Positions 51,286 through 63,637 of a DNA stretch of 64,000 nucleotides are shown piece after piece. Position 1 is the first letter of the stretch. Each line of letters begins with the position of its first letter. The position numbers and the translations under genes were made by a program. Source of the stretch: Azolla caroliniana (Eukaryota > Plantae > Polypodiophyta); contig JBHGNT010000017.1 in the NCBI GenBank assembly GCA_043228905.1, forward strand, positions 18,848,001-18,912,000, written 5' to 3'. The notes beneath the pieces are model-generated. The model saw only the letters and a list, made by a program, of their open reading frames with translations. It had not been told where the DNA came from and did no database searches.

Positions 51286-53180
51286 TTTTTTTTTTTTTCC
51301 CCAAAAAAACTCCTTCCATTAGTTATAAAATTTTACAAATGAGACGATTATGTACAAATCCCTAAAGGGACGTGATAGTTCCATCTTATGTGGAAGCCCA
51401 CTGACTCAAGAAAGGGAGAGGATGACCATTGTTGGATGAAAGCTATGCGTTGTCTTTCAACTCCCTCGGAGCCGCCTTTAAGGCCATCATATTGGCTCTT
51501 CAGAGTGGCTACAATTTCACTCCATATCTCTTGCAGTAACCTTGTTGGATGGGCGGATTGGTTGGAGAAGACTTGCCTACATCATTGTTTCCATAGAATC
51601 CAAAGGGTTATTGGGCTGACCAATTCCAACACCTCTTGAGATTTGTCATTAAGAGGAATAGAGTGGACATTGCCGCTGGAGGAGAAAAGGACCTCTTCTA
51701 TTGTTATCACCAAAATCATCCCCTCCTCCTGATGCTCGTATCGGCCAATTGCAGCCTGCCATGATAGCCAACATATATTTCCCCACTTGATTGAACCTTG
51801 CATCTGGCATAATTGCAACAAGCGGCCAACCCCCCACCATATTCGATGGGACGTTGGGCAGTCCCATAGAGCGTGTCGTATGGATTCTACTGCATGTGGG
51901 CACTCTACACAATTAGGAGAGCTAAGGTTCCCACGTTGCCATGCTCCCACCGGTAGGGACTTATGTATTAACAACCATTGGAAAGTGGTAATTCGCCTCG
52001 CGTGTTGTTGCTTCCAGATTTTCTGCCAAAACCTGGTGATTATTGCAGAGGGAACTTGAAATGTGTGCCAGACCTTCGTAGTAGCCGGTTCTCGGGCGGC
52101 TTGAGCAGCTAGAATGTGGCGACCCAATCTAGTTGTGAATTGGAAGAAAGGGATGGGTTTGCTTCCGTGCCCAGTGTAGGGATCACGCCATGTCCATTAC
52201 AAAGGGTCCCAACTGACCTTACGTAGCCATGTGTTTTCATGAGTACATATATGCCAATCGGGTTGTACTTTGATCGGATCAGGATCTACAATCCATTTAT
52301 GACCAGTGTACGCGAGTACTCGAATGGCGTTATTCTGTGTTGGTGTCTCAGTGTCTCGCAATTCAGGGCCTTCGAGTCTGTCTGGTGATCCCCTACCTCT
52401 CGGGATCAGAGAACCCTCTTCCTCGTGGCCTATCCATTTCTCCATTGTCGTCCTTTGAGTAGCAGATTCCCTAATCAGTAGAGCGTTAATGATTTCCGAT
52501 CTCATAGTCCATCTGCCCCTGATTCCATGGAGTATGTTCGCTTGATCTTGTAGTGGCATTGACATAAACTATCGCCAACATTCTATACTTTTGCCTAGAC
52601 CTTCTGCAATGTATCCCCATGACAACCCCTTACGTGATCCCAGTAGTTGATTAGATTCATCCTTGAGACATGGGTTCCATAGGATACGTTGACTGAGCTA
52701 GGCAGGTTCGGACCTCGGTTGATCACACTTGAGCCCTCGACGAATGTCACACCATGCCTTCCACATGGATGCATTGAATCTATCCTCCAAATGGCGGGAG
52801 AAACTAGGTTTGAGATCCATGTTTAGAATCCATCCCGTTTGGGGGGCCCAATTGACCCCTTTTCGTGGCCTAAAGTAAGCGAAACGTAACCTCAGTAGCA
52901 TTTTCCAACAATCATTTCCTGGTTGGAGTCCTCGCACCACAAATTTGTCAAGTAAGGCTTTCGATTGTGAAAGGGGATCAATAAGACCCAATCCCCCTCT
53001 CAACTTAGGTGTTGTGAGTATAGGCCACGCCACCTTGGCGCGAGTTACATGGTCTTCCTTACCAGACCAAATGTAGTTGTGGACCAGTCGTTGAATCTGA
53101 TGTATACTTTCCTTGGAGATTGTCCAACATGATAGACTGTACCATGCTGTTGTGAGGAGTACCTGATTTGCCTAATCTTG
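51286..53180 (-). mobile_element. 5'-truncated L1/Tx1-type LINE (post-RT region, zf-RVT, poly-A tail), degenerate
   Basis: AKVAWPILTTPKLRGGLGLID motif; FWQKIW..FQWLLIHKSLPVG..C..C...ESIRHALWDC zinc finger; TLWILWK; T-run at 51286-51298 is the poly-A on the minus strand. Confidence 0.85.
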
Positions 53181-53535
53181 TTAACACATATCTTGTAATA
53201 ATACAAATCTATGGGCCATATAATGCATTTCAAAACTCAATATTTGCACCATAATCATTTCTTGATGTGATGTTAAGTATTTTGCTTTTATTTTAAAAAT
53301 ACTTAGAATATGTATTTTATAGATAAAATCCGTTAAATGCTTAGAATACATGTAGAACACATTAAATACATAGAATATATGTAAAATGCGTTAAATACTT
53401 CTTAAAATTTAAAGTTAAAAAAAATAGTATTTTAAAAAACTTTTAAACTTTTTTGAAATGTTAAGTACATAGAATACATGAAATTTTATAAAATGGTAGT
53501 TCTAAAACTTAGAATATGTGTAAAATATTTTAGAG

Positions 53536-53821
53536 CATAGTAAGTAAAATTCGTTTTCATCTAGCATAACATTCATTTTCATACGTTGGAAAATGAATGC
53601 GAATGTTATTCAAACATTCTTGTGTTTTTTTTTTTGTTTTTTCCCCTTTTTTAAAGTTTCTTTTTTCTTTTTTTCTTTTTATAGGTTTATTTACCTCATA
53701 ATAAACAGTTAATCCAAAAGTATGGTATTTACCATTCTTCAAGGGTGTTTGCCATACTTGAATGATTGAAACATTCACGAATGCGAATGCATGTATGGTA
53801 CATATGGTTCATACCAATATG
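53536..53821. mobile_element. Internally deleted, inverted relative of the MITE at 5545-6160
   Basis: Both ends align by eye to the reverse complement of the 5545-6160 ends (CATAGTA..AATTCG; ATCCAAAAGTATGGTATTTA..GGTTCATAC); no clear TSD. Confidence 0.7.
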
Positions 53822-53859
53822 GTTGGGAAGGATTGAACCTACAACCTCACTTCAACAAG

Positions 53860-54244
53860 ACATCATGCCCAACCATTTGGATATGAGCATGTATTCATAT
53901 ATATTAGTTTAGTACTAAATATTCTAGCATATGATACATTCCAAAATATTCTAGAAATATTCTATGGTGTATTCTAGATGGGTATAATCTAGAGATATTT
54001 GTCGGGTATATTCTAGACATATTTAATCTCAGAACTTGTATAAATACTTGTAACCTCCTTGGTCCCTTTCAAGGGATGCAATGCCAATCATTGACACATC
54101 AATCTAGTATTCTTGTTTCAGGCCATATTGTCTCCTTCTTCATCTCTGTCTTCATGTTCTTCATTTCATATCGGTCATAGCCTCGTTACTCATAGTCTCA
54201 TCATCCGTGTTTCTTCTTAGTTCACGGTTGGTGTGTCCGTGACA
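53860..54244 (+). mobile_element. Probable degenerate solo LTR
   Basis: Repeated ATTCTAG motifs, TATAAATAC, ends GTGACA, architecture like the gypsy LTR at 3252-3778; 5' TG not clearly preserved. Confidence 0.4.
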
Positions 54245-54341
54245 CATACTATGTTTCAGAGTATTCAAAAACATATTCTAAATTAGAATACACGTTTTTT
54301 AACAACTATGGCACCCATCTATGGCACCCATACATTTTTAG

Positions 54342-54781
54342 ACGGCAAGAGTTGAACCTGTATGTCAATCGAGGCCAACGTTCCATCCACCGAGCAACAC
54401 TTGAGGAGGAGGAATAAAAGCATAAATTTCGAGGAGGAACATTAGTCAACCATATATAAGATGAATATCACGAATGTTCTTTAATGTTGTATCCTGTGCA
54501 TATAGTGAATAAAAAGTGAATAAACAATACTTGCATTGGAGATGCATTCACAGTCTCAAACTTGCGAACTAGCCTTAAGTTCTCTCGCACATATACCAAT
54601 CATTCAACTCTTGCGAACGGCAAGAGTTGAACCTGTATGTCAATCGAGGCCAACGTTCCATCCACCGAGCAACACTTGAGGAGGAGGAATAAAAGCATAA
54701 ATTTCGAGGAGGAACATTAGTCAACCATATATAAGATGAATATCACGAATGTTCTTTAATGTTGTATCCTGTGCATATAGT
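54342..54781. repeat. Perfect 165-bp direct repeat (54342-54506, 54617-54781) separated by 110 bp
   Basis: ACGGCAAGAGTTGAACC...CCTGTGCATATAGT appears identical in both copies. Confidence 0.92.
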
Positions 54782-55221
54782 CGGCAACGGTTTAGTTTGA
54801 ACCGAATCAAACCGCGACACCGCAGCTTAACGATTTGGTTCAAGTTCAAGGTTTTTTGAATGGTTCGGTTTGGTTTAATGGTTTATTTAAAAATTTCTAA
54901 ACTTTTTTGAAATAATCTTTTCATTTTTAAGCCTAATTCTCACATTTTAGGAAAATCTTTAAAGTTTTGAAAATTTGAAAATTGAAATAATGAAAATTTT
55001 AAAATTAAAATTTTTGACCTAAGTTGAAAACTGAAACCGAACCACGAAATTGCGGTTTTAATGGTTTAAAGGTTTGGATTTATTTAAAACCGTTTGGTTT
55101 AAACAGTTTTGGTTCAAATTGTTTCGTGATTTAGTTCGTTTTTGTTCAAGTTTCAAAATTTTTAAACGGTTTGGTTTTGACACTCTTAAATAGAACAAAA
55201 CCGAACCGTTGCCAATTATTA
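54776..55221. mobile_element. hAT-type MITE (446 bp)
   Basis: TIRs TATAGTCGGCAACGGTT / AACCGTTGCCAATTATTA; exact 8-bp TSD CCTGTGCA (54768-54775, 55222-55229); subterminal AACCG/CGGTT repeats. Confidence 0.8.
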
Positions 55222-57819
55222 CCTGTGCATGCCATCCCTTTGAACTTACATGTTTTGAAAACATGCCCAAAAAGTTGGTTTGCTACATATCTATTCCATG
55301 TTCATTAAACTCGAAACATATGAAAAAATGTTTTGAGAACACAACCTCTTGCATGAATAACATGTTAAGCATCTTAAGCAAAAAGAAATCATCATGCATG
55401 ACATATATTCAACCCAACCTACCCCAAGTTTCCTTATAAATTGAAATATAAACCCAATCTTACTTGAACCATTTCCATCCATTCAACTTCAAAACTTCTA
55501 ATGCAAATTTGTCCCAAATTGCTTGCTCAAAAGAATCCATCAATGAAAACCATGAAGTTGACTGTGATGCATCAACACACATGTATGCGACCCATTTATA
55601 ACCTTGGATACATTGAAGACCAAAACTACACTAGAATAATGATATGATAATTTACTTGCATAATATGTGGAATAACCATGTTGATGTATCTCAAATCAAA
55701 CTAAATTATGACACTTATCTTCAACTACACATAAAACATTCTTTTTTCATTAAATAAAGTTTTCCATAATATATATTTCTTATAAGGAGAAGATGTCCCT
55801 ACCCGTTAAAGGGACTAAGGTTGTGTATTGAATGTCATTTTGACTAATGGAGTATATTCTTATTTGGTAAAAGAAGAAGAAGAAGAAGAAGGAGAAGGAG
55901 AAGTTGTCCCTCACATGTTCCATGATCCCACATTCATTTAACACCTTTAGTAAGAACTTGTTGTTTACTGATAGAGTGTATAAGACAAATGATAGTCCTA
56001 CACAATATGAGGGATTGACAAAACCGATTAGAGAGAGTTGCGAATTATAATAGATCATAGAGACCAAGGTGGTTATGAATTAGGGAGAGAGATGAGTCAA
56101 GGAATTAAGGGAGATTAAGACATTAAGGATCATATAAATGTATATATAGCTTATGACTTATAAATCAAGAAGAAACTTAAAAGAAGATAGTTACAAACAA
56201 GTAGAGAAAGGAAAGTATAATTTAGAAATATAGAAGTCACCTACCAAAATATAATTTGGGGTGATTTTCTCTACCAATGTTGAGACACAACCGCTTGTCT
56301 TCGAACAAAAATTACTTAAAGAATGTAACTTCAATTCCCACAAAAACTTCACTAGTCATACGCCTCTAAAAGAGGAAGATTTCAACGAGGATATACAATA
56401 CTAAAATAATTAGAGAGACGACAAATATAGAACGAGTAATTAAGTAATTAATGTGGCTAATAAACTAAATCTACAAAACAATTCAATTCTCTTCAAATCC
56501 TTCACCTTCAACAACGATTTTAATGTCAATGGAGTCTACAAACAAATGCAACATAAGTATAAAAATCACTAATCTTGATTAAAATGAGATCTAATACAAT
56601 AAAACACCTTTACCCTCTAGTCCTCTTCCTTAGCTTCCTCCACTTCCTCTCTTTTTTCACGCTCTTTATAGAAGTTTTTCATCTCCTATTACACAACAAC
56701 CTTCTCATCAGCATATCTCCCTCATCTGAGCTCCTAATTTAGAGATTTAAAAAACTACAGATGCCTCTTTTTATGAGCTTTCTAACCCATATTTGAACAT
56801 GATATTTGGGTTAAAAATAAAGAGTTATGACCATTCCTTTTAGACTGTTTTTAGGTGGCCCACTTTTCCTCTTTTTACTTTTTGGTGTGTCTCTTGCTTT
56901 TAGTTTGACTTCTCCTTAAAACGTGAATGCTCCATACCTTATATTCATTTAGAGTTCAATAGCTTGAATTCTAAAAACACTTTCACGTTTACGAGGAAGC
57001 GTGGGCATAAATTTATGAACAACTTGTTCAAGTACTGCATAAGGATTTGCATGTGTGACATTCTTTATACCATTCACAAAAAGGTTGTTATCTATCCCCA
57101 TTAGTACTAATTCTTGATTAAATTGAGGTGGCACCACCCTTTCTAAATGATCAACCTATAACTGATTACACAATCTGCGATTTCACACGTTGTTTTGCTA
57201 AAAAGCTCTCACAAAACCCTCATTTCTTCTCAAGTTACCTTTTGGGAATGCATTACCATTAAGACTTATTGAGCTCCTTTGCATGGTTGTACCCTTTCAT
57301 TTTATATTATGTTGCACTTGATGCATTCTTGATCTTCAACAACATCAGTTTCTACACTAGTTATGTACTCTATTATCCTCCCCAACGCCTCCATGACCAT
57401 GATCTTTAGAATCTCGCTCTGCCCCATGAGATGTTCCCTCATTCATGACCACATCAACTATTGATAAGAAAACATTCTTCTCAACATCTTCCTTATCCTT
57501 TTCTTAGATGTAGTTTTCCTTTTTGATGGTTCGCCATGATATTGACATTTAGCCATCTTTGTAAAGGCAAATTTTTAATATGAATTGCATATCGTTGATT
57601 TTATTTAGGCAACAAAAAAGCAAAATTTATTTGATTTGGAACATGACATCTCTAAAGACCACTCTCTTAAGACTTGTAACATGAATGTTATTATCATTTG
57701 GTTATTATTGAAAACATGATGACCCATCAATACAATGGGCCCCATGCTCATTGTAGCTACATCTACTCAAGTCACATATACATGAAGAGGAATGCTAACA
57801 ATTCCATATCCAAACCTTT

Positions 57820-60800
57820 TGTAAAGAATCGATGGTGATTCTTGTGCATCGGAATAGACTAGAGATATGTGTTGTGAGTGTGTGTGTATGAGAAAGAGAG
57901 AGATAGAGAACACAAGATAGATAGATTTGAACAAAAATAGAATACTCAAGACAATGTATATTACAAAGGTGATTAACCAAACGATTACAAAGTAGGAGGA
58001 GAGTGCTTTATATAGTCACTCTCTCTCTTCATTAACTACCGAAGCTCATGGGTCATGGGGAATGTGAAAGCTCATTAGTTATGTGTCATAGAATATGATT
58101 CTATGACACATAGTTAATGTGTGGATAAGAGTGGTGACTTTTGACCTTTGAGTGCACACTCTCAAGGGTGTATTCACACTAGACTAGGTTGAGCTTGATT
58201 CTCAACACGCACCCTCAAGCTCAATTTTGGTCGGCTACTTCGGTTGATGTCTGCTTCGGCTCATATCCGGTTCGGACGGTATCCGATACATCCGGCTCGT
58301 ACTCCCCCTCAAGCTTGGCAAGTCAAGGACCGTCAACTCAAGGTCTGACAGGAATTGCCGAAGCTTGTCAGCTCCTAGGGCTTTGGTGAAGATGTCGGTT
58401 GTCTAAAGATTCGTAGACATATGTTGAAGGTCGACATCGCCAACTTGAACTCACTCTCGAATGAAGTAATAGTGCACTTTGATATGCTTCGTGCGTGCGT
58501 GGAACACACTCTCAAGGGTGTGTTCACACACTAGACTAGGTTAAGCTTGATTCTCAACACGCACCCTCAAGCTCAATTTTGGTCGGCTACTTCGGTTGAT
58601 GTCCGCTTCGGCTCGTATCTAGTTCGGATGGTATCCGATACATCCGGCTCGTACTCCCCCTCAAGCTTGGCAAGTCAAGGACCGTCAACTCAAGGTCTGA
58701 CAGGAATTGCCGAAGCTTGTCGGCTCCTAGGGCTTTGGTGAAGATGTCGGTTGTCTAAAGATTCGTAGACATATGTTGAAGGTCGACATCGCCAACTTGA
58801 ACACGCTCTCGAATGAAGTGATAGTGCACTTTGATATGCTTCGTGCGTGCGTGGAACACACTCTCAAGGGTGTGTTCACACACTAGACTAGGTTGAGCTT
58901 GATTCTCAACACGCACCCTCAAGCTCAATTTTGGTCGGCTACTTCGGTTGATGTCCGCTTCGGCTCATATCTAGTTCAGACGGTATCCGATACATCCGGC
59001 TCGTACTCCCCCTCAAGCTTGGCAAGTCAAGGACCGTCAACTCAAGGTCTGACAGGAATTGCCGAAGCTTGTCAGCTCCTAGGGCTTTGGTGAAGATGTC
59101 GGTTGTCTAAAGATTCGTAGACATACGTTGAAGGTCGACATCGCCAGCTTGAACACGCTCTCGAATGAAGTGATAGTGCACTTTGATATGCTTCGTGCGT
59201 GCGTGGAACACACTCTCAAGGGTGCGTTTACACACTAGACTAGGTTGAGCTTGATTCTCAACACGCACCCTCAAGCTCAATTTTGGTCGGCTACTTCGGT
59301 TGATGTCCGCTTCGGCTCGTATCCAGTTCAGACGGTATTCGATACATCCGGCTCGTACTCCCCCTCAAGCTTGGCAAGTCAAGGACCGTCAACTCAAGGT
59401 CTGACAGGAATTGCCGAAGCTTGTTGGCTCCTAGGGCTTTGGTGAAGATGTCGGTTGTCTAAAGATTCGTAGACATACGTTGAAGGTCGACATCGCCAGC
59501 TTGAACACGCTCTCGAATGAAGTGATAGTGCACTTTGATATGCTTCGTGCGTGCGTGGAACACACTCTCAAGGGTGCGTTTACACACTAGACTAGGTTGA
59601 GCTTGATTCTCAACACGCACCCTCAAGCTCAATTTTGGTCGGCTACTTCGGTTGATGTCCGCTTCGGCTCGTATCCAGTTCAGACGGTATTCGATACATC
59701 CGGCTCGTACTCCCCCTCAAGCTTGGCAAGTCAAGGACCGTCAACTCAAGGTCTGACAGGAATTGCCGAAGCTTGTTGGCTCCTAGGGCTTTGGTGAAGA
59801 TGTCGGTTGTCTAAAGATTCGTAGACATACGTTGAAGGTCGACATCGCCAGCTTGAACACGCTCTCGAATGAAGTGATAGTGCACTTTGATATGCTTCGT
59901 GCGTGCGTGGAACACACTCTCAAGGGTGCGTTTACACACTAGACTAGGTTGAGCTTGATTCTCAACACGCACCCTCAAGCTCAATTTTGGTCGGCTACTT
60001 CGGTTGATGTCCGCTTCGGCTCGTATCCAGTTCAGACGGTATTCGATACATCCGGCTCGTACTCCCCCTCAAGCTTGGCAAGTCAAGGACCGTCAACTCA
60101 AGGTCTGACAGGAATTGTCGAAGCTTGTCAGCTCCTAGGGCTTTGGTGAAGATGTCGGTTGTCAACTCAAGCAACCACCGCCGCGCCCTTGTGTTCGGTC
60201 TCTATGCTCGAATGAGCGACAGTTGGTTACTTCTTGCTACTCCAGGAGATGGATCCACTTTCGAGGGAGAAGACAAAACCAGAGGTTGATCATCTGTCGG
60301 TTTTGTAGCCTGCCCAGTCGGCATTTGTGTACCCCTCGAGTTGAATTGGTGTGGCCGACTTATAGAGAATGCCATAGTCCATCGTTCCGCTCACGTATCG
60401 TAGCACTCTCTTAGCACAATCCAAATGGATATCTCGTGGCGTTTGCATGAACTGGAGAAGGCCGACTGGATAGCTCAGGTCTGGTCGAGTGATCGTGAGG
60501 TAGATAAGACTACCGATCAATTGTTGATACTGAGTCAGCTCACACTCTGTGGTGTCAGAATTGGCATCTAGTTTGAGGTTTCGGTCGAGAGCTGTTACCA
60601 CATACTTGCACTCAATCATCCTGAACTTGTATAACAAGTTGAGAATGTAGTGCCGTTGGGAGATCATAATCCCGGCTAGAGTCTGAATTACCTCGATGCC
60701 AAGGAAGTAGTGGAGCTCTTTCATGTCCGTCATCTCGAATTTGTTGGAAAGGAGGGATTTGACCTTGTTGATGTTGATTAGATGCTCACCTCCAATAACC

Positions 60801-63637
60801 AGATCATCCACGAATAGGATGATGACGATTAGACTTTCAGAATCACTTCTTACATAGAGAGAATTGTTGGATTTTGACATTCAAAAGCCGATTCGATGAA
60901 GATATTGTGTTATCTTTGAGTGACAAGCACGTGGTGCTTGCTTAAGTCCGTAGAGAGGCTTCTTGAGTCAGCAAATGGCTTTTGGATGAATGTTGGATTC
61001 GAAGCCAGGTGGTTGTACCATGTACACCTCCTCTTCTAATTCGCCTTGAAGAAAAGCGTTCTTGACATCCATCTGGTGGAGGTGCCACCCTTTCGTTGTT
61101 GCAAGCGCTATCACGGTTCGCACGGTTGTCATCTTTGTCACCGGGGCAAAGGTCTCTTCATAGTCGACGCCCTGTGTTTATGCGTAGCCCTTTGCTACAA
61201 GTCGACCTTTGTAGCGGTTGATGGAACCGTCAACATTATACTTCACTTTGTATATCCATCTGCAGTCGATTGCCTTCTTGTGTAGTGAGTGAGGGACGAG
61301 ATCCCATGTCTCATTCTTGTTGAGAGCTTGCATCTCCTTGTTCATCGCTTCGACCCATCGAGGATCTTTAGCGGCTTCGACAAAGTCTCCGGTTCTCGAA
61401 CTACTGCCATCTACATCATAAAGGCATAGTGGTATGCCATATAGTCGTTGTAGCCGAATAGGCTAACTGGATTCTTCTCTCGGGTGGAGTGACGGAGTTT
61501 CTCATTTGCCGATGTGAGTGCTTTCTCAACTCCGAGTGACCTCATAAGAGGCACATCAAAGCCATCGAACTCACTATCGAGTGAATGAGTCGATTCATTG
61601 CCATCGAAGTGATCGTCCTCATATTCCGGCATTTTGGCTTCCCTTTGTCCATCTTTGGACTTGGCCGAGATGAGCTTTGGTTGCTCGGAGGCTCTTGTGG
61701 TCCGCTCAATCTAGTTGAGATCGGACTCTCTTCGAGTATTGACCTTAATTGATCATCGTCTTCTGTGTAGTCGAGGTCGTTCGTAGATGGTTCGGAAGGA
61801 GTTGGCTCGGGTTTGTACCATGATGTCAATTCGTCAAAGACGACATCCCGACTTACACGAGTCTTCTGAGTAGAGGGGTTGAAGCACTTGTACCCTTTTT
61901 GCTCCTGTGAGTACCCCACGAGGATGCACTTCTCTGATTTTGGGTCAAGCTTCCGCTACTTCTCATCGGGAATGTGCACGTATGCAATGGAGCCGAATAT
62001 CCTTACATGGGATAGATCCGGCTTCTTCCCATAGTATTTCTCGTGTGGGGTGACCTCGTGCACTCCGGATGTTGTGCCCTGGTTCATGAGGTAGACGGTG
62101 GTATTTGTAGCTTCTGCCCAATATGACTTGGGCATATGCTTCTCATTTAGCATGGCCCTTGCTACTTCGAGGATGTGCCGATTCTTGCGTTCGGCTACAC
62201 TGTTCTGTTGTGGTGTGTTTCGGCAAGTGAATTCTCGCCAAATTCCTTCTTGTTGAAGGTATGTCGTGAATGCATCGGAGAAGTATTCCTTTTCTCCGTC
62301 TAACCGAAGACATCGTACGTGACGCCCAATTGTCTTTTCGACTTCGCTTTTGAATTTTTGGAAGTGTGTAAACACTTCTCTCTTCATCCTCATGGGAAAG
62401 ATCCATGTGTATCTAAAGAAGTCGTCGATGAAGGTAACATAGTACCGATATCCTCCGAACGTAGCCGTTTGTGCCGGTCCCCACACATCCGAGTGGACTA
62501 CGTCCAATAGGCCTTTGCTCACGTTCCTCTCCTTCGGGAACGGGTGTCGATGTTGCTTGCCGAATTGGCATGCTTCACATACTCCTTCAATCTCTTTCTC
62601 TTTGAAGGTTGGGAGCCCAATGACGAATCCTTTCGATTGCATCGCCTTGAGTTTGTTGAGATTGATATGGCCGATTCTTTTATGCCATAGCTCTATGTTG
62701 GTGTTGTGTTTGAGGCCCTTTGCAAACATGGCCGATTTTACCTCGTTCGCTTCGAGGATAAACATTCGGCCTTCCCTTTGACCACGAGCAATTAGTCGAC
62801 CTTCCTTCTCGATGAAGCAACCTCCTTGGTTGAGTCGAACTTGCATCCCTTGCTCCACAATTTGGCCGACCGAGACCAAATTCTTCGTTATGGTGGGTAC
62901 ATGTAAGACATTTTTTATGCAAGTTTGTTCACCTTTCCCGAATGGGACATTTCCGACATGCTGAATCGAATGAGTGGTGTCGTCTCCGGTCTTGACATAA
63001 CCGGGTCGATCCGGCTCTCAAAGGTCTTTGAACCATTCTTGATTGGACATCATATGGTTCGAAGCACCGGAGTCGACGAACCATACATCTTCCGGATTGG
63101 AGGCATTAGTCGAAGTAGAGGCCGACATAGGATTTGCTCTATGTCTCATTACAAACATTCTGCCATGATCTTCATAGTCGGAGTTGGTGGCATAATTGGT
63201 GAGTTGTCGGCTTGTGGAAGCCGACTCGCGCTTCTTCTTTCGGCACTCTTCTTCATGGTGGCCGATTTTTCCGCAATAACCGCATTCGATCGAGTTTTGT
63301 CGACTCAAACTGGAATGGAAGCTCCCCCTTCTTCCGAAGGTTCCTCGATGGCTTCCGTCTTGTTGCAGAATTTGGGAGTTGTTGTCGTAAGTTGGACCTC
63401 GTCAGCCGCCTCGTCCTTGGCTGAATTGGCCTCTTGCTTGGCTGCATCCTCTTCTTCCATTCGAATGCGTGTAGAGCATGTGGCCTTCCGAGGCGTTGCT
63501 CCTTGTTCGAACATGATTCTCTTCGACCAATAACATAGATTGAAGATCAAAGAAAGAGGGAGGATTCTCCCTTGCTAGGACGGCGGTTCTCATCGAGCCG
63601 AACCGTGGTGCAAGGCCACCGAGGCATATTTGCACCA
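57820..63637 (-). mobile_element. Ty1/copia element C (same family as A), degenerate, 5' part cut by another LTR insertion
   Basis: gag C-term/zinc knuckle (CGYCGKIGHHEEEC), WFVDSGAS, IN ORF 61956-62879, RT (FVDD) 60290-60880; 3' LTR 57820-58207 with A-type termini. Confidence 0.92.
58155..60163 (-). repeat. Tandem array of ~5.7 x 352-bp units = RNase H C-terminus + 3' spacer + PPT + first ~55 nt of LTR
   Basis: CACACTCTCAAGGGTG at 58155, 58505, 58857, 59209, 59561, 59913; each full unit encodes FHARTKHIKVHYHFIRE..DIFTKALG on the minus strand and contains GATTCTCAACA (LTR terminus). Confidence 0.96.

Noticed and set aside
58189-60149. Six repeated 64-66 aa plus-strand ORFs (MSLILNTHPQ...) suggesting a peptide-gene array or CRISPR-like locus
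   Set aside because: TTG starts, antisense to copia RH/PPT/LTR sequence, and no unique spacers; a by-product of the tandem array.
63626-63637. TGGTGCAAAT.. next to an LTR end as an unusual PBS
   Set aside because: It aligns with the gag coding sequence of element A (VKICMGGLAPRF); the LTR simply inserted there.
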